A DNA stretch of 42,912 nucleotides. Source: a virus. Its lineage: Duplodnaviria > Caudoviricetes. The notes beneath the pieces were generated by a model. That model saw only the letters and a list, made by a program, of their open reading frames with translations, did no database searches and was not told where the DNA came from. Both the position numbers and the translations under genes were made by a program. Each line of letters opens with the position of its first letter. Position 1 is the first letter of the stretch. Shown one piece after another: positions 8,393-15,832 of the stretch. Location of the stretch: positions 1-42,912 of IMG/VR virus record IMGVR_UViG_3300037483_000316; one strand, written 5' to 3'.

Positions 8393-8440
8393 TTGACTTT
8401 TACCTAAGTAAAGTGTACACTAATAGTGAATAAAAAGCAA
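8393..8440. promoter_or_regulatory. Bidirectional promoter pair sharing a palindromic -10
   Basis: Plus: TTGACT(8393)-17-TACACT(8416). Minus: TTGCTT(8440)-17-TACACT(8417). Both use the palindrome AGTGTACACT. Confidence 0.75.
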
Positions 8441-8464
8441 TACCCAAAATGGAAAGGAATGAAC

Positions 8465-8668
8465 ATGGAGCGTTATACAATCAAGGTTTACGAAAATGCA
8501 TTTGCCAACCTCCCCAACTTGGCCGACTTGCTCACGAAAGAACGCGGGATAGTTATCAATCAGATTGCCGCAGCAACTATTGCTATTGAAGAAGCTCTTG
8601 CCCGTCGCCAGCCGTCCCCGGCTCTCGCCGAGATCCGCGAAGAGCACGAAATTCGGCAGGGGGATTGA
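8465..8668 (+). CDS. Small hypothetical protein, possible regulator
   Basis: AAAGGA SD; first gene after the rightward promoter. Confidence 0.6.
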   Translation: MERYTIKVYENAFANLPNLADLLTKERGIVINQIAAATIAIEEALARRQPSPALAEIREEHEIRQGD

Positions 8669-8669
8669 G

Positions 8670-9116
8670 ATGACAAAAACAACCGGTACTTACAAAGGCT
8701 TTCTTGCCAGTGCAACTGCTGTCCCTAACGGCTTGCGTCCTGAACTGGAAAAAACTGCGGTGCTGGATGATAAACATACCGTTGCCGCTACTGATGGCTA
8801 TCGCCTGCACGCGGTTGTTGATTGTCCTATTCGCAAGTCCGAAGGCAACGAGAAACGGGCGTTTGCATTTTGGAATGTTATCGAGACGCTCAGTACAAAG
8901 CCAACGGCGACAATCCTTATAGATGCACGGCTCTTGATGGATACCCTGTCTCATTTTGTGGACAATGGCGTTGCCTGCCCTGTACAGATAAGCATCTCGG
9001 ATCGGCACATTGAAATCGCCGGGACATTGTTAGACGACTCAAGCGCCCGCGCGTACATCATGGCGATGGTTGCCAAGAGCTTTGATGCGTGGAAGCCGAG
9101 CCGGGTGAAGCCATGA
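8670..9116 (+). CDS. Beta-clamp (DnaN) domain-like protein, partial
   Basis: RPEL...VAATDGYRLHAV, IDARLLMDTL and terminal AYIMAM echo DnaN domain motifs; only 148 aa. Confidence 0.5.
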   Translation: MTKTTGTYKGFLASATAVPNGLRPELEKTAVLDDKHTVAATDGYRLHAVVDCPIRKSEGNEKRAFAFWNVIETLSTKPTATILIDARLLMDTLSHFVDNGVACPVQISISDRHIEIAGTLLDDSSARAYIMAMVAKSFDAWKPSRVKP

Positions 9117-9358
9117 TCGACAAAAACGGCAACTATCGCTGCGACTACTGCGACTTGGCTGAAATTGGCGGATGGACTAATACCAAAACCGGCAATCATG
9201 AATCCTGCGAACGTAGGGTACGCATCGCCGAATTTGAAAAAGTTGCACGTGGCCTGGTGGAATATCGGCGCATGAACACGTTGAATTTCCAGCTTGAAAA
9301 GGCAGACCATTGGATTAATCAACTTGCTGCGTTATTGCCGAAGGAGCCGCAGTCATGA
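9113..9358 (+). CDS. Hypothetical Cys/His protein
   Basis: CDYC...HESC; ATGA overlap. Confidence 0.55.
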   Translation: MIDKNGNYRCDYCDLAEIGGWTNTKTGNHESCERRVRIAEFEKVARGLVEYRRMNTLNFQLEKADHWINQLAALLPKEPQS

Positions 9359-9549
9359 TACCTGGCGCATATATCGCTCACGCCTGTCCTGAGTGCGGCG
9401 CCTTAGTGTACATCGACCCGGACTTGCTAGAATTCAAAAACGAGAGCGGTCTGCGGATCACGAATTGCCCGAAATGCAGAAATCATTTGACCATCCCGCG
9501 CGGGCTAGTGGACATGCTAACCGCGTTTGATGATGACGAACAGGAGTAA
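9355..9549 (+). CDS. Zinc-ribbon protein
   Basis: CPEC...CPKC; AAGGAG SD. Confidence 0.65.
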   Translation: MIPGAYIAHACPECGALVYIDPDLLEFKNESGLRITNCPKCRNHLTIPRGLVDMLTAFDDDEQE

Positions 9550-9551
9550 TA

Positions 9552-9743
9552 ATGGAAATCAGAACTAGCATTGATGTAAAGTCGGTAAAACAAGCAGACG
9601 GCAGTACGATGTACCGGGGGATTGGTACGATCAACAAGGACCGGTATCAAACACCGCTATACAATGACGAACGGGTAGCTCGTGCCGCAATTGCATTACT
9701 CATCAAGGAAAAGCGCGACGCGTTGGAAGCGGGGCAGAAATGA
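9552..9743 (+). CDS. Hypothetical protein
   Basis: AGGAG SD; coupled to the next gene. Confidence 0.6.
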   Translation: MEIRTSIDVKSVKQADGSTMYRGIGTINKDRYQTPLYNDERVARAAIALLIKEKRDALEAGQK

Positions 9744-10189
9744 GTCCTGCTACTCCGATTTTGGCAATGATAGCACTTGGTCTTGGCGGTATGGGGTATC
9801 TTGGCGGCTGGACCTGGTGGAACATTGGTGGGATTGCGCTGATGGTGCTCTGCATGTTCGGCGGTGGGCTTGGCGGGGAGACCAAAACTGTCAGCGATAC
9901 GGCTCCCGGCCAGATCAATTCCCCTGAGGCCATTGCTACACGGGAGCGGGAACATCAGGCGCATTCCGCAGAATTTCAGCGGCGCCAAGCGGGGGAAAAG
10001 CAAAACCGCGAGAATTTTTTGGATGAGCATGATATTTGGAACCGCAGCATGACATATAAATACAAAGCAATCAACGAATCTCGTGTGAAGCGGGGGGTGG
10101 GTTTTAGCGATGATGAATGGCCTGTAGTCAAACAGGCAGCAGACTGGACCGCTCGCCGTGACCACGAACGGGAAGGTAGACGTAAATGA
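9740..10189 (+). CDS. Membrane protein (2 N-terminal TM helices)
   Basis: Hydrophobic hairpin followed by a charged domain. Confidence 0.65.
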   Translation: MSPATPILAMIALGLGGMGYLGGWTWWNIGGIALMVLCMFGGGLGGETKTVSDTAPGQINSPEAIATREREHQAHSAEFQRRQAGEKQNRENFLDEHDIWNRSMTYKYKAINESRVKRGVGFSDDEWPVVKQAADWTARRDHEREGRRK

Positions 10190-10353
10190 CAACCAAATGG
10201 ACATCGCGCGGTCCAGTCGTCACGCCTGACCGCAACCTGACAACGCATTACGGCAGTGTCCGCCGCACGGTGGCGGCGCTGGTGGGGTTCGTAGTTGTGG
10301 TCCTGCTGCTGTTGGGGATCATATTTGTCGCAGGTGGCGGGGCGGGTGTATAA
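10186..10353 (+). CDS. 55-aa single-TM protein (not in ORF track)
   Basis: ...VAALVGFVVVVLLLLGIIFVAGG; ATGA overlap. Confidence 0.55.
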   Translation: MTTKWTSRGPVVTPDRNLTTHYGSVRRTVAALVGFVVVVLLLLGIIFVAGGGAGV

Positions 10354-10377
10354 CTTGTTTTGGAAACGGAGCGATAA

Positions 10378-10674
10378 ATGGCAGAAAAATATGTTGTCGT
10401 AAAAGATAAAGTTCGACAAACGGGTCCGCTGTCAGAAGAAACGGCGCAACGGGTAGCCGCCGACATTGGCGGCGGGGCGAAGGTGGTGCCGGTGGAAGTC
10501 AAGCCGGCAGGTAGGGCGCAAAAGAGCCCGCTCGGCATCTTTGTCATCGCATCGGTTATTGTTGGCGGCATTGCGCTGGTGGCATTCGACGATTTTAGCA
10601 TTGCTACTGCGTCTGCCATTGGTGGTTTTTTTGCCATGATCGTGGCTGAATTATGGATGACCCGAAGCCAATAA
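10378..10674 (+). CDS. Membrane protein (2 C-terminal TM helices)
   Basis: GIFVIASVIVGGIALVAF and IATASAIGGFFAMIVAELW. Confidence 0.65.
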   Translation: MAEKYVVVKDKVRQTGPLSEETAQRVAADIGGGAKVVPVEVKPAGRAQKSPLGIFVIASVIVGGIALVAFDDFSIATASAIGGFFAMIVAELWMTRSQ

Positions 10675-10692
10675 CGGCGGGGGAATCATCGC

Positions 10693-11301
10693 ATGGACAA
10701 CGCGCCGGAACTGCATCATATCCTAATCCCTATGTCCTGGGGCGGCTTTATGGGTCTTATCCTGGGGAGCATTCTGGCATTCGGCGCAAAAGAAAATAAG
10801 CCTGTTATCGTTGTGGCCTGGATTGTTGGGGGGTGCTTTGTAGGATGGTTGATTTCGAGATGGCTGCTGAGCAAGCGGGAAGATTATGTATATTACCAAT
10901 CGGGGGCGTCTGTTTTACCGGAAGGAATAAAGCAAACTGACTTGAATGATGGGACGGTAGTTCTTAGCCTTGTGCTCATCGATGGAGACAGCCAACGTGT
11001 GTCCAGGGAGATTCGCGGGTTGACGCGGGAAGAGTGGCATATGCTCGGAATTGGAGTATGCAAGTCTCGCAATTACACAACACGCATTCTGCAAGATATT
11101 TTTGGCGCCGGGCGCGGATTAACGATCTACAATCTGATCACGAATATTTTGAAGGACAATCGAGTGCGAATACTCATGGACAAGAATAACGGAGTGGTCA
11201 TCACGGAGGGGCGGGGGTGGAGCTTCTTCGAGCATTTGCGGAAAGAAGAGTATGAGATTTTGAATATGCTTGATGCGCTGATCCCCTCCCCCGAGGTGTG
11301 A
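10693..11301 (+). CDS. Membrane-anchored protein (2 TM + soluble domain)
   Basis: Two hydrophobic helices; C-terminus possibly winged-helix-like. Confidence 0.65.
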   Translation: MDNAPELHHILIPMSWGGFMGLILGSILAFGAKENKPVIVVAWIVGGCFVGWLISRWLLSKREDYVYYQSGASVLPEGIKQTDLNDGTVVLSLVLIDGDSQRVSREIRGLTREEWHMLGIGVCKSRNYTTRILQDIFGAGRGLTIYNLITNILKDNRVRILMDKNNGVVITEGRGWSFFEHLRKEEYEILNMLDALIPSPEV

Positions 11302-11357
11302 CATCGTGCAAAATGGCATGTTTTACCTAATCACAAGCTAATCACAAGCAAGATTTA

Positions 11358-11464
11358 TGGTATAATTGAATTGCTTAGGACATTGGACAATCGAGAATAA
11401 AGAGCGGCTTCCGAGCCTGTGTCCTAAGCAAACACTCGATTTCTCGGCAGTCGCTTTTTATTTT
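11358..11464 (+). ncRNA. Extended -10 promoter plus C4/CI-like structured leader, element 2
   Basis: TGgTATAAT at 11358-11366. Stem 11396-11415/11443-11462. Loop 11420-11431 and 11435-11441 are complementary to 11371-11382 and 11389-11395. Confidence 0.6.
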
Positions 11465-11474
11465 AGGTGCTGTG

Positions 11475-11837
11475 ATGAAAACAATCAGATTACATAACGG
11501 AATGGAAACAATTGTTGATGACGAATGGTATGAATATTTATCAAAGTTTCATTGGGCCGCACAGAAAGGTAGGCATACTTTCTATGCTATGAGAATGGAA
11601 AGAAAGGGTGGAAAATGTATTCACATTGCAATGCATCGCGTAATTACAAACGCGGAATCTGGAATGGTTGTAGATCACATAAACTTTAATGGATTGGATA
11701 ACAGAAAAGAAAACTTGCAAGTAGTTACCAATTCTGAGAATGTATCAAAGAGATGTCCGGAACATATGAGAATTGGTGAAATCAATGAATCCATTTATGA
11801 GCCTGCGCCATATACGATTATCAGGCGCACTATTTGA
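11475..11837 (+). CDS. HNH endonuclease
   Basis: TIVDDEWYEYLSKFHW, MHRVI, VVDHINFNGLDNRKENL; AT-rich; no AP2 tail. Confidence 0.85.
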   Translation: MKTIRLHNGMETIVDDEWYEYLSKFHWAAQKGRHTFYAMRMERKGGKCIHIAMHRVITNAESGMVVDHINFNGLDNRKENLQVVTNSENVSKRCPEHMRIGEINESIYEPAPYTIIRRTI

Positions 11838-11853
11838 CAGAAAGGGCATAATC

Positions 11854-12015
11854 ATGAAGCGAAAACTAATAGAAGCACAAGACGGGCTGGCTGGGTCTGC
11901 CAGTATGCCGCTGGGCTTGCGGCTGTTCCTGACGGTCTGCGCGATCCTGCTGGGATTGCTGGTGTGCGGGCTGTTTGACTGCCTGGGTGAGATATTCAAG
12001 GCGGTGACGGGATGA
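11854..12015 (+). CDS. Small single-TM protein
   Basis: LFLTVCAILLGLLVCGLF. Confidence 0.55.
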   Translation: MKRKLIEAQDGLAGSASMPLGLRLFLTVCAILLGLLVCGLFDCLGEIFKAVTG

Positions 12016-12203
12016 CTACGATGATGAAAACAGGTAAATGCCAATTGCTGGATAAAACCATTGCTGAATATGATCTTGTCTCCGCTAACCCGAATATGTA
12101 CCCAAATATCGATAAGCGGTATTTGGGGCAGGGCTACATTGTCGAGATCGATGGTAAGCCGATGAAGGGAAACGAATTGCTGTATTTTTGGGTGACGGGA
12201 TGA
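12012..12203 (+). CDS. Hypothetical protein
   Basis: ATGA overlaps; flanked by GGTGACGGGATGA at both junctions. Confidence 0.55.
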   Translation: MTTMMKTGKCQLLDKTIAEYDLVSANPNMYPNIDKRYLGQGYIVEIDGKPMKGNELLYFWVTG

Positions 12204-12376
12204 ACTACGACGAAAAAATCCGGGAGTTGCAACGCCAGAAAGCCGGCGCAATCAAGGCGGCGCAAGATGCGAGCAGGCAGGCGGACCGCCGCGCGTTCTG
12301 GCGAAAGATTGCGCTGATGGCAGTGTTATCGGCGGCGTTTTTGTGCTTGCTCATGGCAAGCGGGATGTGGAAATGA
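12200..12376 (+). CDS. Small coiled-coil + TM protein
   Basis: IALMAVLSAAFLCLLMA. Confidence 0.55.
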   Translation: MNYDEKIRELQRQKAGAIKAAQDASRQADRRAFWRKIALMAVLSAAFLCLLMASGMWK

Positions 12377-12534
12377 ACCTATTATTTATTCTTGGCATTA
12401 TTTCTGCCTGCGCTCTCGTCGTACCGCTGTTCAGGTGGAGCGTCAAACTTGGCGAGCGGTTGAGCGCGGGCGCTGTGCTTGTGCTGGTTGTTATTGGGAC
12501 GTTGCTTGCGTTGGCGTTGAGTAAGGTATGGTGA
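12373..12534 (+). CDS. Small 2-TM protein
   Basis: Two hydrophobic stretches; ATGA overlap. Confidence 0.55.
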   Translation: MNLLFILGIISACALVVPLFRWSVKLGERLSAGAVLVLVVIGTLLALALSKVW

Positions 12535-12538
12535 TGAG

Positions 12539-12823
12539 ATGAAAACTGTATCGCCACATCAAACAGGGAAGGGATTGCGCCGTTACAATAACGGCAAAAG
12601 ACTTGATGAATTGATTACAAAAGGAATGAGTCTTGAAGATGCTATGAGAATAGTTGGTATCAAGACAAAAACAACCGCGCGCGGATGCATTAAATACTAT
12701 CTTTATTATGCTGCCCAACAAAGCACGCAGCAGCGGCCCGCATTTGGTAAAGGGCCGCGTTTGTGGTTAGCCAAAAAATTTGTTAGTTTTGGTTGGTGGC
12801 TCGCCGAAATCGGTAGCCGCTAA
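12539..12823 (+). CDS. Basic protein, possible HTH
   Basis: KGMSLEDAMRIVGIKTKTTAR. Confidence 0.5.
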   Translation: MKTVSPHQTGKGLRRYNNGKRLDELITKGMSLEDAMRIVGIKTKTTARGCIKYYLYYAAQQSTQQRPAFGKGPRLWLAKKFVSFGWWLAEIGSR

Positions 12824-12836
12824 ATGGGATGATGGG

Positions 12837-13613
12837 ATGAAAATCATAAATAGTGTCTTATCCGGTCTTTCTGCCTGCGTTGCCTTTGGTACAGGTTGGG
12901 CGATCTACACCGGCGCAACGGGGGCGCTGGGGATGTGGTGGGTTATCGCTCTTATTGTTGCTGGCGCAGTCATTGCTCTTGACGTTGCCGCTGGGCTGCT
13001 GATCACAGACATATACCGCTTCAACCAGGGTGCGCGCAACCAGACAGAGCGGGCGATACTTATGCCTGTACGCGGCGCGTGGATTGCGCTCGGGCTGGCG
13101 ATCATCACAGAGATTGTCTTATCTCTGTTGGTTGTGGTCCTGGATACCATATCGGTGTGGGGGGTGCTGGTATTTCCGCCGATGACGCTGGCGGGGATTT
13201 TTGTCAATTCATTGCGGCGGGATTTAGATGTGCGGGAAGCAGAACGGGAGCAAATACGAGCACAAATAAAGCAGGAAGAACTTGGCAACGCAGAACAAGA
13301 GCGGCTTGAAAAGGAATCAAGGCTTGCGCAAGAAGCACAAGAGAAGCAAGAACGCAGGGAAGAACGGCGCAAGAGGCGGGAAGAACAAAGACAAGTACCG
13401 CCGCCAGTTGTGCCAGTTGCAGTAAGTAAACGCGGTAGTATAGGAAGTGACCAGAGCTTACTTGATTACTTGCGGGAACATGCTGGACAGTCGCAACAAC
13501 AGATTGCCAATGCTTACGGGGTGAGCCGTTCGGCTGTTGGGCAGCGTATCAAGAAACTCAAAGATACCGGATTGCTTGCAAAAGAGTTTGAATCCGCCGC
13601 GCGGCGGGAATAG
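12837..13613 (+). CDS. 4-TM + coiled-coil + C-terminal HTH protein
   Basis: Four hydrophobic helices, an E/R/Q-rich coil, then SQQQIANAYGVSRSAVGQRIKKLKDTG. Confidence 0.75.
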   Translation: MKIINSVLSGLSACVAFGTGWAIYTGATGALGMWWVIALIVAGAVIALDVAAGLLITDIYRFNQGARNQTERAILMPVRGAWIALGLAIITEIVLSLLVVVLDTISVWGVLVFPPMTLAGIFVNSLRRDLDVREAEREQIRAQIKQEELGNAEQERLEKESRLAQEAQEKQERREERRKRREEQRQVPPPVVPVAVSKRGSIGSDQSLLDYLREHAGQSQQQIANAYGVSRSAVGQRIKKLKDTGLLAKEFESAARRE

Positions 13614-13622
13614 GAGCGGGCC

Positions 13623-13712
13623 ATGCGCAACAAATATCTTGAGGTAGGCTTGGGTATTGTTGCAATCGTGATGATTTGTTTGTGTACGCTGATCATGCAA
13701 GGCACGGGGTAG
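13623..13712 (+). CDS. 29-aa TM peptide (not in ORF track)
   Basis: AGGAG SD; MRNKYLEVGLGIVAIVMICLCTLIMQGTG. Confidence 0.4.
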   Translation: MRNKYLEVGLGIVAIVMICLCTLIMQGTG

Positions 13713-13713
13713 A

Positions 13714-13722
13714 TGGTATAAT
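13714..13722 (+). promoter_or_regulatory. Extended -10 promoter
   Basis: TGgTATAAT upstream of an AAGGAG SD and ATG 13748. Confidence 0.55.
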
Positions 13723-13747
13723 GTTGCCATATCAAGGAGTTGTAGAT

Positions 13748-14050
13748 ATGGCGGAAACACGTAGGACGATACGCAAAACGAAGGCATTCAGCGGGGCAGG
13801 CTACCGTAACGATGTGCCGCTTGGCGTCGAGATATTCGGGCGGGGGGACGGGAACAGTTTTATCGCATTGATGGAAAACAAATACATGAAAATAGGCTGG
13901 TGGGTTGCGTTTGCAGATACCGTCCCGGTGTCTATCGAGCCGCCTACGCAGCCGCCAAGTTTGCCGCCGCCGGATGAGCTCACGATGAAGTGGCTGAAAG
14001 ACGGGGAAGTTTTTACGACGCAGGATTATGTAAAGAAAAACCCCGCGTAA
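13748..14050 (+). CDS. Hypothetical protein, possible SH3-like domain with Pro-rich linker
   Basis: GWWVA strand followed by EPPTQPPSLPPP. Confidence 0.55.
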   Translation: MAETRRTIRKTKAFSGAGYRNDVPLGVEIFGRGDGNSFIALMENKYMKIGWWVAFADTVPVSIEPPTQPPSLPPPDELTMKWLKDGEVFTTQDYVKKNPA

Positions 14051-14060
14051 TGCGGGGCTA
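14036..14060. terminator. Hairpin terminator between convergent genes
   Basis: AAAAA CCCCGC gtaat GCGGGG. Confidence 0.55.
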
Positions 14061-14081
14061 AGTACCTTAACAATCGAATAA

Positions 14082-14285
14082 TCATTCAACTTTGATTTGT
14101 TTCAGCAATTCGCGCAATCGAGCGGTGTCTCGTAAATCACGCAGGATGGTAGAACGGTGCGGCGGCTCGCGAAACAGGTTAGCGATTTTTTGTAGACTCA
14201 GGCCGTCAAGCTGCCCGCCCTCTTGCAGCTGTAGTAAGACAATCAGGCGAGCAGCCTTTTCGAGCGAGCCGTCACGGTGCTTCAT
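14082..14285 (-). CDS. Small HTH protein
   Basis: LSLQKIANLF...HRSTILRDL. Confidence 0.7.
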   Translation of the reverse strand: MKHRDGSLEKAARLIVLLQLQEGGQLDGLSLQKIANLFREPPHRSTILRDLRDTARLRELLKQIKVE

Positions 14286-14575
14286 TCGATATTCCTGTGA
14301 GTGACCGACCCGCCGTTTGAGATGTCATACATAATATCTTTGCCAGATAAACTTCGGTGATTGATAAACCATTGAGCATCTTCCTGCTCGGTCAGGACTA
14401 CGAGAGCCTTTTCGTATCTGGATAATACAGCGTCTATCTCTTCCTGTGTTTTCTTGCCAGCAGCGATGGCGCGGATAGCGCTCTCTCGGCCATTTGTGAG
14501 ATAGGTACGTGCCTCATCAATCCACTTTTGCTTAATCTCGGCAGCCCATGCGATTTGTTTTTCAGTTCCGTTCAT
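14282..14575 (-). CDS. Conserved small phage protein (GTEKQIAWA...AxWFI motif)
   Basis: AAGGAG SD; motif recurrent in small phage proteins of unknown function. Confidence 0.7.
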   Translation of the reverse strand: MNGTEKQIAWAAEIKQKWIDEARTYLTNGRESAIRAIAAGKKTQEEIDAVLSRYEKALVVLTEQEDAQWFINHRSLSGKDIMYDISNGGSVTHRNIE

Positions 14576-14602
14576 TTCAATCTCCTTTTCTGTTGTGACT
14601 AT

Positions 14603-14631
14603 ATAGTATCGTATAATTGTATCTAATGCAA
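14603..14631 (-). promoter_or_regulatory. Sigma70-type promoter for the two-gene cassette
   Basis: TTGCAT-17-TACTAT; the palindrome ACTATATAGT (14598-14607) overlaps the -10/start site. Confidence 0.65.
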
Positions 14632-14687
14632 CAGTACTCTGGTACCATCTTTTGAATGATTATTCGATTACAATCAAGAAGGAATTC

Positions 14688-15674
14688 ATGAGCGTACTCA
14701 TCAGTTACGGCCCCTACTTGCAAGAATACATCCCGGCAGGCGAAGTGCCGCCGTCCGCGCAGCCTGTGCCGGTGGGGGAGCCAAACACGGGCGTGCGCGT
14801 ATTACCCGGGGATACGTTTGTGTATGTGGTCCATGACGACCTGGGCTGGGGACAGGCGCGGACCCTGGTCAAACAAACAATTCAAATGACTAACGAACTA
14901 TACGCGGCACGCCGATATTACTACCGGGAAGACACACACGATTACCGCGTCGATCAATACAGCAAGCTCTCCTTCTGGCCGGAAGATCTGCAATACGGTT
15001 GGGATGTATACTTTTTCTCTGGCATGACTCCTCGGCAACACGAACTATTCAACACAACCGGTTTCGGTTGGCGTGATAGCAAAGCTAACGCGATATTGGC
15101 ATTTTTAGCAAAATTATTCGCGCGGGTATTCAAGCGTACAATTTTAGGCGTCCGACCGCCCGGAGTAAATATCTATAACTTCCTGCTGACTGGCGGCGCG
15201 CTCTTGCGCAAAGTGGGCGAGTGGCGGCAATGGACATTGTTCGAATGCCAGGACGTTGGAAAGCCGCCAGAGAGGAGCAACTACCACGACGCGCCGGATA
15301 GGTGGTTTTTGCAAGGGGTGTGTGGGCACAATGCGGACAAAGAGTCCTATTACGGCAAAGTCAACCCGAACATTGGCAGGCTTGTCATTCCCACCGCCTG
15401 TCTTGGGGGGATAGCGGCGATTGAGACTGAATTTGTCCGAGAGTTACCATCATTACCGTTTAGCACGGTGTTGGATGGGGTCAAGCCGGTAACGTTCGTG
15501 GAGATGTGTATCCAGGGTAGCCAGGTGTTTGGAAAAACTGACGCGGATGAATGGTTTTTTATTCTAGAGCAAATTAATAGAAATGGTGGTCAGAAAGATT
15601 TCCTATTACATATTCCCCAAAGTGATTGGGTTCCAGTTCTTCCCGTTTCTTTAGTTGATTGGCAAAAAACATAA
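14688..15674 (+). CDS. Hypothetical protein (328 aa)
   Basis: Long ORF with AAGGA SD; no motif recognised. Confidence 0.7.
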   Translation: MSVLISYGPYLQEYIPAGEVPPSAQPVPVGEPNTGVRVLPGDTFVYVVHDDLGWGQARTLVKQTIQMTNELYAARRYYYREDTHDYRVDQYSKLSFWPEDLQYGWDVYFFSGMTPRQHELFNTTGFGWRDSKANAILAFLAKLFARVFKRTILGVRPPGVNIYNFLLTGGALLRKVGEWRQWTLFECQDVGKPPERSNYHDAPDRWFLQGVCGHNADKESYYGKVNPNIGRLVIPTACLGGIAAIETEFVRELPSLPFSTVLDGVKPVTFVEMCIQGSQVFGKTDADEWFFILEQINRNGGQKDFLLHIPQSDWVPVLPVSLVDWQKT

Positions 15675-15675
15675 T

Positions 15676-15825
15676 TTGTAAAATATCTTCCTTTGTGATA
15701 TACTTGAATTGTCACACAGGAAGGCTTTTTTTATTCCACTACAAATAGCCGTTGCTTACGACAAAAGCCCCTTCTGTGTGACAACAAAAGTGGAACGTAA
15801 GCGGCGGCTGTTTGTAGTAAAGGAG
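15676..15825 (+). ncRNA. Promoter plus C4/CI-like structured leader, element 3
   Basis: TTGTAA-17-TATACT with TG extension. 23-bp stem 15738-15760/15796-15818 directly before AAAGGAG. Loop is complementary to 15709-15729 and 15734-15740. Confidence 0.6.
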
Positions 15826-15832
15826 AAGCAAG

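Larger units (their letters stand above)
14072..14669. repeat. Perfect 18-bp inverted repeats bounding a 598-bp cassette
   Basis: AATCGAATAATCATTCAA (14072-14089) and TTGAATGATTATTCGATT (14652-14669). Confidence 0.9.

Noticed and set aside
14688-15674. Endolysin or RAMP-like effector call
   Set aside because: No catalytic or Gly-rich loop motif was recognised; left as hypothetical
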